From contig JBBRPR010000029.1 in the NCBI GenBank assembly GCA_038227875.1, positions 1 to 64,000 on the forward strand: 64,000 nt of DNA, given 5' to 3'. The notes beneath the pieces were generated by a model that saw only the letters and a list, made by a program, of their open reading frames with translations, made no database searches and was not told the origin of the DNA. Each line of letters begins with the position of its first letter. The first letter of the stretch is position 1. Below, in pieces: positions 1-8,995 of this stretch. The position numbers and the translations under genes were made by a program. The DNA is from Planctomycetota bacterium. GTDB lineage: Bacteria > Planctomycetota > SZUA-567 > H5-PLA8.

Positions 1-67
1 CTATCATGCCGCGGGTTGTTCGCGGTCTGGACGCATCGAACGGGCGAGCTTGGTTCGCGAGTGCGGG

Positions 68-103
68 CACTGGTGGCTTAACGGCTAGCCACCAGTGGCA
101 CAC
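68..103 (+). repeat. REP-like hairpin 1
   Basis: CACTGGTGGCT-8 nt loop-AGCCACCAGTG perfect 11-bp stem followed by a GCACAC tail. Confidence 0.7.
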
Positions 104-165
104 TCCGGCGCTCTTTTTGCAAGACGGGCGTGACGGTCCAATTTGCAAACGCGATGTCCATCTTG

Positions 166-201
166 CACTCGTCTGAGAACTGCTTCAGACGAGTGGCACC
201 C
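166..201 (+). repeat. REP-like hairpin 2
   Basis: CACTCGTCTGA-8 nt loop-TCAGACGAGTG perfect 11-bp stem followed by a GCACCC tail. Confidence 0.7.
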
Positions 202-315
202 GGGCTTGTGATTGGGCGCAAGATGCTTGGCGGCGCGGCTATTCGGTTTTCAAAGATCGGAGTTTCACGGACAGTTTTGTTGACGGCACGCGCTTCGAAA
301 TTCGAGAGCGCTTTG

Positions 316-370
316 CACGGATGAACGGACATTTTCGCTGCGCTCTAATGTCCGCGCATCCGTGGCACCA
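316..370 (+). repeat. REP-like hairpin 3
   Basis: CACGGATG-AA-CGGACATT / loop TTCGCTGCGCTCT / AATGTCCG-CG-CATCCGTG followed by a GCACCA tail. Confidence 0.7.
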
Positions 371-373
371 TCG

Positions 374-1297
374 TTATCCAGGGCCATGCGCAGCAGCGCT
401 GGGTGTGGCGTTGGAATTACTGATTTGCGAGGGCGCTGAGTTGGCGCTCGCGCTTGGGCGGATCAAGCATGTCGTTGTGGGGCTGCTCGTGCTGTTGAGA
501 TAGGCGGGATTCGGAGTCTTCGCGGGTTTGCAGCGCGTGGTCGTGTGGCTGCGCTTCCAGGCTTTCGGCTTGGGTTTGTAGCTCGCGGGGTGGATGGTGA
601 TCGGGGCTTCGTGTTGGTTGACCAATTCTTCCGTAGCTTCCTCGACTTGGGCTTTGATGGTGCGCGTGGGGTCGAAAGGCTTCGGTTGGACTTCTTCGAT
701 GGGCTGCGGTGCGGTGACGTTCTTCGGTGTGCCGTCGTCGTGGACGGGGTTGTTCGCCCAGTCGTGGACGTAGTCGGGTTGGAAGCCGGCGCAGGCGCCG
801 GGCTCGGCGCGGTCCCCTTCGGTTCCGGGACGGTCGGCACGGTCGCCGGGTTCGCGGTCCTTCGGATGGAAGGAGACTTTTTCGACGGCTTCGGCTTCCT
901 GCAACTCGGGGAGCTTGTCGTTGAGCAGGCTGGTCGGGTTCGGCAGCTTCGCGTTGAAGCCCATCAGGTCCCAGAAGCGTTGCGTGTGGCGGAGGATCGC
1001 GGTGCAGCTCAGTCGGCGTTCCATGTCAGTCGTGTTGACCTTCAGGATCATGTGGCGGAGTTGCTGCGCGGAATCGAGTCCGCCTTCGATGAACGTTTGC
1101 GCGGTGAGCTGGACTTGCGTGCGCATGCCGGCCATGTTCTCGCCGACGGTTTTGCTGAGCGCCTGATCGAATTCGGGGATCTTCTTCCAGCGGCAGAGGG
1201 TCTGGCGGCTGATGTCGAGCTCCCGGGCGATCGAGTTGATGTCTTTTCCTAGCGACAATAGGACGATGGCGCGTTGTTGATTGACGTGCAGGGCCAT
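374..1297 (-). CDS. Helix-turn-helix protein (resembles phage terminase-small-subunit-type HTH) with a low-complexity C-terminus
   Basis: QQRAIVLLSLGKDINSIARELDISRQTLCRWKK HTH; AAGGAGG SD 8 nt before ATG 1297; the upstream part of the listed 592-aa ORF is a shadow of the ogl gene. Confidence 0.7.
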   Translation of the reverse strand: MALHVNQQRAIVLLSLGKDINSIARELDISRQTLCRWKKIPEFDQALSKTVGENMAGMRTQVQLTAQTFIEGGLDSAQQLRHMILKVNTTDMERRLSCTAILRHTQRFWDLMGFNAKLPNPTSLLNDKLPELQEAEAVEKVSFHPKDREPGDRADRPGTEGDRAEPGACAGFQPDYVHDWANNPVHDDGTPKNVTAPQPIEEVQPKPFDPTRTIKAQVEEATEELVNQHEAPITIHPASYKPKPKAWKRSHTTTRCKPAKTPNPAYLNSTSSPTTTCLIRPSASANSAPSQISNSNATPSAAAHGPG

Positions 1298-1352
1298 GGG
1301 TTTTTCCTCCTTATTCTCATCCGTCATATTAGGGTTTTGTTCACATGTCAGA

Positions 1353-1380
1353 AGATTACACCGTAGGATTGGGATGTCAA
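1353..1380 (-). promoter_or_regulatory. Sigma70-type promoter for the HTH gene
   Basis: TTGACA-16 nt-TAATCT on the minus strand with an AT-rich UP-like tract at 1381-1400. Confidence 0.6.
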
Positions 1381-1478
1381 TAGTTATTTTTATTAAAAAC
1401 CGGGAAAGTGATGTTTGGGGATTAGCGTGGGTTATTGCGAGGGCGCGTCGGACGGGCGGGGTTTTTCTGCGAGGGCGG

Positions 1479-1533
1479 CAGTGGTAAGGCTGAATCTTCG
1501 CTACGCTCTGATTCATCCGTACCAGTGGCACCA
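1479..1533 (+). repeat. REP-like hairpin 4 (degenerate)
   Basis: CAGTGGTAAGGCTGAATC / loop TTCGCTACGCTCT / GATTCATCCGTACCAGTG followed by GCACCA; 15/18 paired. Confidence 0.6.
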
Positions 1534-1587
1534 ACTGCGATCCCATTGCAAACGCGATGTCTTTCGTTAGCCGAGGCTTCCCGGGCG

Positions 1588-2745
1588 CTAGGCTTTGGGG
1601 AGGGATTCGAATTCGGGGACGTTTACGCGGTAGACGTTGCCGTAGCCCAGCATGTCGCTGGTGAACAACACGGACGAACCGTCGGGCGAGAAGCGGGGGT
1701 GGACGTGGAGCTGCTGGATGTGGAAGGTACACTTGTGGCGGCAGAGTACGCGCGGTTCGGAAAAGGCGCCGTCTTGAAAGCGCCAGAGATACACAAACGG
1801 ATTGCGCGTGTCGCCGTCGCCGACGATGTACTGCTGCGTGTTGGAATGGAAATGGGTTGAACCCTTGGGAAAGGGCGCTTCGATCAGGCCGGTATTGTCG
1901 TAGCGGATCCAGCCGTACACGTGCTCGCCCTTTCCGGCTTTCGTTTTGCCGTGGAAGCCCAGATGCAGGCCATCGGCGAGCCAGTATTCGTGGCCGACGT
2001 GTTCGTCGCGTTCGGTCGGGCGGACTTTCCAGACTTTGCCGGTGGTGCGGTCGAGCATCCAGATGCGGCAATCGACGCGGTCCCAAGGGCCTTCGTGACA
2101 GAAGCTGACCAGGTGCGATTGCGTCGGCGAGGTGTTGACGTGACCGATCCAATAGTTCTCTTCAAAGGCCACGCGCGAGCCGGAGCCGTCGGTCTTGATT
2201 TCGATGATGCGCGAACAGGGCATGGCTTCGAAGTATTCCGTGAAGCCGACGTAGCCGTGGAGCAGGTTGACTTTAAATTTCGCAGACAAGTCCTCGTAGA
2301 TGCCGGTGAGCACCACGCTGCCGTCGGCGCTGACGTTGGTCATGTTGTTGCTGAAGCCGTCGGGCAGGCGGTAAATGGGGCGCTGGGCGAGGGTCTTTAG
2401 ATCGAGCGCGATCAGGTTCCGTTGATGCCAGAAATAGACTTCCGGGCGGGTGGGGTTGAGCGAACTGAACAGGAACTGCTGATCGGACGGATATTTTTCG
2501 GAGGGCGGAAAATCGGTGAGCTGCGTCAGTGCCCCGGTCGCCAGTTCGATCGAATATAAATTGGGACTGTTCTCGCGGTCGGAGGCGACGAGCAGGCGGC
2601 GGCCCTGGTCGTACCAGCCGGAGTTGGTGAAGTAAAAATGGTGGCTGTGGCCGAGGTAGCCGGTCAGACGCTGCACGTCCAACCCGCTGACGGGATCTTT
2701 TTCAGTGGCGCTCTCGCTTTTCAGGACTCGACCGATTTTGGACAC
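1588..2745 (-). CDS. ogl: Oligogalacturonate lyase family protein (beta-propeller)
   Basis: DPVSG..VQRLT..HHFYF, WIGHVN..P..FCHEGPW..VDCRIW, VGHEYW, HVHPRFSPDG..FTSD motifs; GTG start with GGAGG SD. Confidence 0.8.
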   Translation of the reverse strand: MSKIGRVLKSESATEKDPVSGLDVQRLTGYLGHSHHFYFTNSGWYDQGRRLLVASDRENSPNLYSIELATGALTQLTDFPPSEKYPSDQQFLFSSLNPTRPEVYFWHQRNLIALDLKTLAQRPIYRLPDGFSNNMTNVSADGSVVLTGIYEDLSAKFKVNLLHGYVGFTEYFEAMPCSRIIEIKTDGSGSRVAFEENYWIGHVNTSPTQSHLVSFCHEGPWDRVDCRIWMLDRTTGKVWKVRPTERDEHVGHEYWLADGLHLGFHGKTKAGKGEHVYGWIRYDNTGLIEAPFPKGSTHFHSNTQQYIVGDGDTRNPFVYLWRFQDGAFSEPRVLCRHKCTFHIQQLHVHPRFSPDGSSVLFTSDMLGYGNVYRVNVPEFESLPKA

Positions 2746-3194
2746 GAAGTCAGGCCTCCGGGAGGTAGATTTTTTAGCGCGGATATTCTGACGCAAAGCG
2801 GTGGGAGCCGCAAAGAACGAATCGGCATCGGACCGAGGGGTGGGATGCTGATTAGCGAATCAGGGCCGATAATCTTTTGAATTAATTTTTCAGACGGCGC
2901 ACGAGCGCCAGCGAAACCCGCACAGAGACGCCCTAAAAGTCACCTAGTGCGCTATGATGAAAAGATAAGATTTCTCTATTGCACTTGTGCTTTTGGGAAA
3001 ATGTAAAAACTGCCGGGTCTTCAAGATAGAACCGAACCGAATGATCCAATACTTCGTAGTGTCTCTGTTGGGAAGGTGATTTGAAATTGATCCGCGGGCG
3101 TATGCGGACGAGAGTGCGAATGCTGGTGCCGTGTTCGCTTTCTCGCGCCAATGCGGTGTAAAAACGGATGGCACCTGGTTAGGAGAAATGACCC

Positions 3195-3872
3195 ATGATT
3201 CAAACCCGTCGACGTGGCTTCACGTTGATCGAACTGCTGGTGGTCATCGCGATCATCGGCGTGCTGGCCGCGCTGATTCTGCCCGTGCTGGGCCGAGCCC
3301 GCGAAGCCGCCCGGCGCGCGTCCTGCGCCAATAACCTCAGCCAGATGGGTAAGGCGCTGATCATGTACTCGGACGTACCGACGTACGCGACCTTCCCGAC
3401 GACCAATCTTTCGGGTCGTTCTCCCAATCAGTTGGCCGCGCTGGGTATTCTCTATCGCGACTACGTCAGCGATTATCGCGTCTTTTCCTGCGCCTCCAAG
3501 CCGACCATCGCTCAGTTGAGCAGCCTGGTTCCGACGATTGGCGCCACGGTCTCCTCCAAGCCGCTGGACAGCACCATGTCCCACTACGGATACGATTCGG
3601 GCAATGCCGGCACGGGTAACGCGCCGCATTCTCCCAACGATTCCATGGCCATCGTGGTCTGCGATTTCAAGGGTGTGGGTACCAGTTCCGACAACCATGG
3701 TCCGAACGCGGGTCAGAATTGTCTGCGCTGCTCGGGAAGCGTGGAATGGTTCGACAACGAAAAGAACACCGTTGCGACCGGTGCGACGCCCGTGGTTGAT
3801 ACGAATATCTTCGGCGACGGCGAAATCACCGACGCCAACTGGAAGAACATGGAAAGCAACATCGGTCAGTAA
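3195..3872 (+). CDS. Prepilin-type N-terminal cleavage/methylation domain protein (DUF1559/T2SS-like)
   Basis: [52 protein letters not shown]. Confidence 0.9.
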   Translation: MIQTRRRGFTLIELLVVIAIIGVLAALILPVLGRAREAARRASCANNLSQMGKALIMYSDVPTYATFPTTNLSGRSPNQLAALGILYRDYVSDYRVFSCASKPTIAQLSSLVPTIGATVSSKPLDSTMSHYGYDSGNAGTGNAPHSPNDSMAIVVCDFKGVGTSSDNHGPNAGQNCLRCSGSVEWFDNEKNTVATGATPVVDTNIFGDGEITDANWKNMESNIGQ

Positions 3873-3895
3873 GAGTTCGAAAAGTAGCTCGTCCG

Positions 3896-3932
3896 AACCG
3901 CCCTTCACTTGCGTGAAGGGCGGTTTTATTTT
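3896..3932 (+). terminator. Rho-independent terminator
   Basis: AACCGCCCTTCAC-TTGC-GTGAAGGGCGGTT followed by TTATTTT. Confidence 0.85.
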
Positions 3933-3970
3933 GGCTGATTGAATCCACGCCGATCACTATTTACTGTAAT

Positions 3971-4001
3971 TTTCTGAAACAATTGGCTGATATTTCTGAA
4001 A
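3971..4001. promoter_or_regulatory. Tandem TTTCTGAAA sites upstream of lacI-family gene
   Basis: Two near-palindromic TTTC-T-GAAA copies 22 bp apart in an AT-rich intergenic region. Confidence 0.4.
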
Positions 4002-4058
4002 AGTGGTGTATTCTGTACAGGGATAGATAAACAAACTGACCTTTAATAGGACCCAAGT

Positions 4059-5183
4059 ATGGAAACAACCTTAGCGGATGTCGCCCGCGTCGTGGGCTGT
4101 TCGAACGCCACGGTCTCGCGCGTGATCAACAATATGGGGCAGGTGAGTTCCAGCATGCGCGATGCGGTTTTGCGCGCGATGAAGGAGCTCAATTACGTGC
4201 CGCGACCGGCCTCGGCGGCAGCGGCGGGAGATGCGGAGAGCGGCAGCTCCGACGTGAAGCCGACGTCGTTGCTGGAGGTTGTTCATTTCTCGGCGACGAG
4301 CTATGAACGCGTCTCGCTCGATAAAACAGATCTGAAAATCGATCCGTTGTCGGAGTATCCGCCGGAAGAGCGGCTCTCGGAAGGGAACTGGCTCTCGAAT
4401 TCGTTCTACCGCACGATCGTCGATGGCATCATTTACGAAGCGCCGTTCTGGGGCTTCAAGCCGACGATTCAAGTGCGCTCCAGTTTGCTCGACGCCTCGT
4501 TCATTGCGGAAATCAACAAGCCGGAAGTGGGGGGAGTGCTGCTGGTGGGGGAGTACTCGGAGCAGCTTCCCGCGTTTGCGGAGGCGTGTGCGCATCCGCT
4601 GGTGCTGGTCGATCTGATCGTCGAGGGGCCGGCGCCGGTGGTGACGTCGGACAACTTCGGAGGCATCGCGAAGGCCTTCGATCATCTGTACGCGCTGGGT
4701 CACCGGGACTTAGGCTACCTGGGCGGGCTGCAGAACGTAGTGGCGTACCGTGAGCGGCTGACGGCATTTCGCTACAAAATGGTGGAGCGGAATCTGTCCC
4801 TGAACGAAGCGTGGGTGTACACGGGCAACCATCATGTCGCGACGACGTCCGAATGGGCCGAGAGCGTGTTGCAGAAGAAAAAGCGGCCGACTGCGTTTCT
4901 GTGCGCCAACGATTTCATGGCGATTGCGCTGATGAAGGCGGCTCACCGGCTGCAGATTCCTGTGCCGGGCGCGTTGAGCGTGGTGGGATTCGACGATATC
5001 GAGCCGGCATCGCTGGTGACGCCGGCGCTGACGACGATGCGCGTGCCGAAATTCGAGATGGGCCGCCAGGCGGTGCAGCAACTGTCGGTGCAGACCCAAC
5101 TGGGTGCGCGCCGCAACCGCCGCGGTTCAAGCGTGCGGTTGTCGCCGGAATTGATCGTGCGGGAATCGAGCTCCAAGATTTAG
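4059..5183 (+). CDS. LacI family transcriptional regulator
   Basis: TLADVARVVGCSNATVSRVIN HTH; PTAFLCAND, LSVVGFDD, PALTT sugar-binding domain motifs. Confidence 0.95.
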   Translation: METTLADVARVVGCSNATVSRVINNMGQVSSSMRDAVLRAMKELNYVPRPASAAAAGDAESGSSDVKPTSLLEVVHFSATSYERVSLDKTDLKIDPLSEYPPEERLSEGNWLSNSFYRTIVDGIIYEAPFWGFKPTIQVRSSLLDASFIAEINKPEVGGVLLVGEYSEQLPAFAEACAHPLVLVDLIVEGPAPVVTSDNFGGIAKAFDHLYALGHRDLGYLGGLQNVVAYRERLTAFRYKMVERNLSLNEAWVYTGNHHVATTSEWAESVLQKKKRPTAFLCANDFMAIALMKAAHRLQIPVPGALSVVGFDDIEPASLVTPALTTMRVPKFEMGRQAVQQLSVQTQLGARRNRRGSSVRLSPELIVRESSSKI

Positions 5184-5212
5184 GAGCCTGAACAAATTCC
5201 TTTCATGACGTT

Positions 5213-5244
5213 GTGAGCCGTCTTGCCTGCGCGAGGCGGTTCAC
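5213..5244 (+). other. Intergenic stem-loop between lacI and the glycoside hydrolase
   Basis: GTGAGCCGTCTTGC-CTGC-GCGAGGCGGTTCAC, 14 bp with G-U pairs, no U-tract. Confidence 0.45.
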
Positions 5245-5287
5245 GCTGGTTTCCCGATTCACAGCCGATTGACCTACAGGGGGCCGT

Positions 5288-8026
5288 ATGAAGATTCTCG
5301 CCACAAGTTTGGTGCTGATAGGTTTGAGCCTCTCGGTTCAGGCGGCGGCGCTGACACTGACGGATTATGGTGTCGACGCCAATTGCGGGAGCATGGGGAG
5401 TTTCGGGCTGGCTTATCCGTCGTTGAAGCTGAAGGGCGGCAAGGAAAGCAAAGTCATCGAGAAGCACGTCAGTGCCAAGCTGACGACGCTGAAATTTGAA
5501 GGCGGAGCGAGCGTGGAACTGACGGTCGCCGGCGACGCGATCAACTTCACGTATGCCAATCTGCCGCACGACATTGAAGCGATGCGCATGGAGTTGCTTA
5601 TCGACTTCGGTTTCAGCCAGGGCGGCAAGTGGAAGATCAATGACCAGGAGAAGGACTTCCCGAAAGAGAAGCCGGAGAAGCCATTTCTATTTCAAGGCAA
5701 CGGGCGCTCGTTTTCGATCACGAATTTTGAAGGCAAGACGCTGGCGTACAGCATTCCCGAGTTTTCGTATCAGCAGCTGCAGGACAACCGTGAATGGAAT
5801 TGGAAATGTTTCTGCTGGTGGTTTGCCGCGCCGGTGAAGCCCGATCAGAAGACTGCGACGATTACGATCACGTCGTCGGCGCCGAAAGACGGGAAGAAGA
5901 TCGTGCTGGTGGATGAATTTGGCCAGGATGCCCAATCCGACTGGCCGGACAAGGTCAAGAGCGTTGACGAGCTGAAGGCGGACGTCGAAAAGGAGAAGGC
6001 CTGGTACGCGACGCTGACGCCGCCGACCGGCGACATGTACGGCGGCCTGCCGGAGAGCGGGGCGAAGCTGGGGTTGCAGAAGACGGGATTCTTTCACGTC
6101 GAGAAGAAAGGCGAGCGCTGGCAGCTGATCGATCCGGAAGGCAATGCGTTTTTCCATCTCGGGCTGTGCACGTTTGGAAACGGCGAGGACTACACGTATC
6201 TGAAGGGCCGCGAAAATATTTACGCGTGGCTGCCGCCGTACGAGAGTGAATTCAAGGGCGCGTATCATCCTGAACCGTACTGGAGCCACGACACCTTGTC
6301 GTTTTACGCGGCGAACGTGATCCGCAAGTACGGCAAGTTCGATGGCGTGGAGCTGGCCGGCCGGATGATCGAGCGGGTGCGCAAGTTCGGCTTCAATTCC
6401 GGCGGCGCGTTCTCGAGCATACCGCGCGTGAAACTGGAATCGGAACATTTTCCATTCGTGAGCTTTCTGCCGCTGGGCGGACTGGCGGAGGTGCCGGGAA
6501 TCCGCGGGACGCTCGATCCGTTTGAGCCTGCGAACGTGACGAAGATGGATTCGAATTTCGCGGGCCTCGCCGCGAGCGCCAACGATCCGCTGCTGATTGG
6601 ATTTTTTCTTTCCAACGAACCCAACCACGAAGACCTTGCGCGTGTGGTGCCGACGCTGCCGGGCAAGCACGCCTGCAAGCAGCGCCTGATCGCGATGCTC
6701 AAAGAGAAGTACAAGACGGTTGACGCGTTCAATACGGCGTGGGAGGTGAAGCTCGCCTCGTTCGAGGTTGCGGCGGACACGGGGTTGGCGGTCAAGACCA
6801 AGGATGCCGCGGAAGATGTGACGGTGTTCCACGGGATCTTCTTCGACGCCTACTACAAGCTGATCGCGGAGACGTTTCACAAGTACGACACGCATCATCT
6901 GCTGATTGGCAACCGCTGGCAGCCGCAGACGGCGAATTCGGCGCAACTGGTGAGCATCGCCGGCAAGTATCTGGATGTGATTTCTGTGAACTACTACGCG
7001 TATGGGCTCGACATGGATTACCTGAAGCGTGTGTACACGGCGTCCGGCGGCAAGCCGATGTTCCTGAGCGAATTTTACTGGGCGGCGCCGAAGGAATCGG
7101 GATTGCCGGGCGGCGGCAAGGAAGTGTCGACGCAGCAGGAACGCGGGTTGGGTTACCGGAACTATGTCGAGCAGTCGGCGGCGCTGGGTTACGTGGTGGG
7201 CATCGAGTGGTTTACGCTGATCGACCAGGCGCGGACGGGCCGGTTCTTCGAACGGTACGGCGGCGAGAACGGCAACACGGGCGTGTTCGGCGTCACGGAC
7301 CGGCCGTGGAAGCCGCTGGTTAACGAGATGATGAAGACGAATTACGACATCTATAAGGTTCAACAGGGCGAGCGTGCGCCATTCGCGTTCGACAATGCAC
7401 GTTTCACTGCCAAGGGTGGCAACAAACACGTGCTGATTCCGAAAGCGCCTGGGGCGATCAAGATCGACGGCCGCTTTGAAGGCTGGCCGGGAGTGCCGCC
7501 GGAATTGATTTCCAAGCAGCGCGTGGTCGAAGGATCTCCGGGCGAGACCGAAGCGGCGTTCCGTTTGTGCTGGGACGCGAAATTTCTGTATGTGATGGTC
7601 AACGTCACTGACTCGACGCCGCAGAAGAACACGCAGACGGGCAACGGACTCTGGCGCGGCGACGGCGTGGAATTGTTCATCGGCGCGGAGAAGTTGGACG
7701 CGCCGGGCGGACTGCAATTCACCGATCGCCAGATCCTGCTGGGCGCAGGCGAGAAGAAGGAATTTCACTTCGTCAACGCGCCGGAACAACCGGCGTGCGA
7801 GATGATCGTGGTGCCGGCGGTGGATGGCAAAGGCTACACGCTCGAGGCCGCATTACCGTGGGACGCGCTGAAGATCAAGCCGGAAGAGGGGCGCGAGTTT
7901 CTGTTTGATCTGGGCGTAGACGATAGTGCGACCGGCGGGATTCGCGCGCGGCAGATCATGTGGAATGGTACGGGAAATAATTCCGGCGACCGGACGTACT
8001 GGGGACGCGCGAAGCTGGGGCAGTGA
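5288..8026 (+). CDS. Secreted clan GH-A glycoside hydrolase (GH50/beta-agarase-like) with C-terminal CBM9-like domain
   Basis: Signal peptide; TGFFHVEK..RWQLIDPEG; IGFFLSNEP (acid/base) and MFLSEF (nucleophile); IKIDG..W, WDAKFLY, GDGVELF, GYTLEAALPW (CBM9-like). Confidence 0.75.
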   Translation: MKILATSLVLIGLSLSVQAAALTLTDYGVDANCGSMGSFGLAYPSLKLKGGKESKVIEKHVSAKLTTLKFEGGASVELTVAGDAINFTYANLPHDIEAMRMELLIDFGFSQGGKWKINDQEKDFPKEKPEKPFLFQGNGRSFSITNFEGKTLAYSIPEFSYQQLQDNREWNWKCFCWWFAAPVKPDQKTATITITSSAPKDGKKIVLVDEFGQDAQSDWPDKVKSVDELKADVEKEKAWYATLTPPTGDMYGGLPESGAKLGLQKTGFFHVEKKGERWQLIDPEGNAFFHLGLCTFGNGEDYTYLKGRENIYAWLPPYESEFKGAYHPEPYWSHDTLSFYAANVIRKYGKFDGVELAGRMIERVRKFGFNSGGAFSSIPRVKLESEHFPFVSFLPLGGLAEVPGIRGTLDPFEPANVTKMDSNFAGLAASANDPLLIGFFLSNEPNHEDLARVVPTLPGKHACKQRLIAMLKEKYKTVDAFNTAWEVKLASFEVAADTGLAVKTKDAAEDVTVFHGIFFDAYYKLIAETFHKYDTHHLLIGNRWQPQTANSAQLVSIAGKYLDVISVNYYAYGLDMDYLKRVYTASGGKPMFLSEFYWAAPKESGLPGGGKEVSTQQERGLGYRNYVEQSAALGYVVGIEWFTLIDQARTGRFFERYGGENGNTGVFGVTDRPWKPLVNEMMKTNYDIYKVQQGERAPFAFDNARFTAKGGNKHVLIPKAPGAIKIDGRFEGWPGVPPELISKQRVVEGSPGETEAAFRLCWDAKFLYVMVNVTDSTPQKNTQTGNGLWRGDGVELFIGAEKLDAPGGLQFTDRQILLGAGEKKEFHFVNAPEQPACEMIVVPAVDGKGYTLEAALPWDALKIKPEEGREFLFDLGVDDSATGGIRARQIMWNGTGNNSGDRTYWGRAKLGQ

Positions 8027-8039
8027 GGAATCGCGCAGG

Positions 8040-8993
8040 TTAGCGCATGAGCGCTTTGACGTGCGCGGCGGCGGCTTTGCCAAGGCCGTCGAGGTTGTAA
8101 CCGCCTTCGAGCATGCTGATCAAGCGGCCGCCGCAGTGTTTGTCGGCGAGGTCCAGCATCAGGCGCGTCAGGTCATGGAAGTCATCGTCGGTCAGCGTGA
8201 AACCGCCAAGCGGGTCGTCGATGCGGGAGTCGAAACCGGCGGAGAGGATGATCAGCTCCGGCTTGAAGTGTTGCATCGCGGGGATGAGCTGATCGGTGAA
8301 CGCGCCGAAGATTTCGCGGCGTCCCGAACCGGCAGGGAAGGGGCAGTTGAGCGTGAATCCTGTTCCCGCTCCCGCGCCGCGTTCTGAGCTTCTGCCGGTG
8401 CCGGGGTAGAGTGGAGCCTGGTGTGTGCTGAAAAAGAAGACGCTGGGATCTTCGTAGAAAATATCCTGCGTACCGTTGCCGTGGTGGACGTCCCAGTCAG
8501 CGATCAGCACTCTTCCGATACCAAATTCTGATCGCGCATACCGCGCGGCGATGGCGACGTTGTTGAAGACGCAGAAGCCCATGCCGCGTTCGGCATTGGC
8601 GTGATGGCCGGGTGGACGGACCACGCAGAAGGCATTCGCGGCCTTGTCACCGCAGACCGCGTCGACGGCTTCTATTGCGGCGCCGGCGGCGAGCATAGCG
8701 ACATCGAAGGATTTCGCGCAAACATGAGTGTCGCCGGTGCTCAACATGGACGCGCCGGAGTTGATGTCGCGTTGTGCGGTCTCGAAATACTCTTTGGTGT
8801 GGGCGAGGAGGATGTCTTCCTCAACTGCAGCGGCCGGTTGCAGCTGGAGTAATCCGGGAAGCAGCTTTTCGCGCTCGAGGGCGTCCATCACGGCGCGGTA
8901 ACGTTCCGGCCGTTCCGGATGGCCACGGCCGGTGATGTGCTCCATGTATTTCGCGTCGTGAATCAACGCGGTCGGAAGTTTCGCTCCGGGCAC
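8040..8993 (-). CDS. Histone deacetylase family protein
   Basis: GHPERPER, RPPGHHA, GFCVFNN, DWDVHHGNGTQ, SAGFD, LEGGY motifs. Confidence 0.95.
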   Translation of the reverse strand: MPGAKLPTALIHDAKYMEHITGRGHPERPERYRAVMDALEREKLLPGLLQLQPAAAVEEDILLAHTKEYFETAQRDINSGASMLSTGDTHVCAKSFDVAMLAAGAAIEAVDAVCGDKAANAFCVVRPPGHHANAERGMGFCVFNNVAIAARYARSEFGIGRVLIADWDVHHGNGTQDIFYEDPSVFFFSTHQAPLYPGTGRSSERGAGAGTGFTLNCPFPAGSGRREIFGAFTDQLIPAMQHFKPELIILSAGFDSRIDDPLGGFTLTDDDFHDLTRLMLDLADKHCGGRLISMLEGGYNLDGLGKAAAAHVKALMR

Positions 8994-8995
8994 GG

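Noticed and set aside
68..370. Hairpin series as a CRISPR array
   Set aside because: Repeats are not identical, spacing is irregular, and no cas genes are present
1298..2152. N-terminal extension of the 592-aa ORF
   Set aside because: Out-of-frame shadow of ogl, Arg/Pro-rich; real SD and promoter point to a start at 1297
2864..2871. GCCGATAA sigma28 -10 match
   Set aside because: No TAAA-like -35 at the proper spacing
5687..7789. Long antisense ORFs (also 16786-18630, 27489-29162, 34127-36043, 37258-38850, 40978-42648, 52550-54082)
   Set aside because: Antisense shadows of well-supported genes, expected in high-GC DNA; no recognisable motifs
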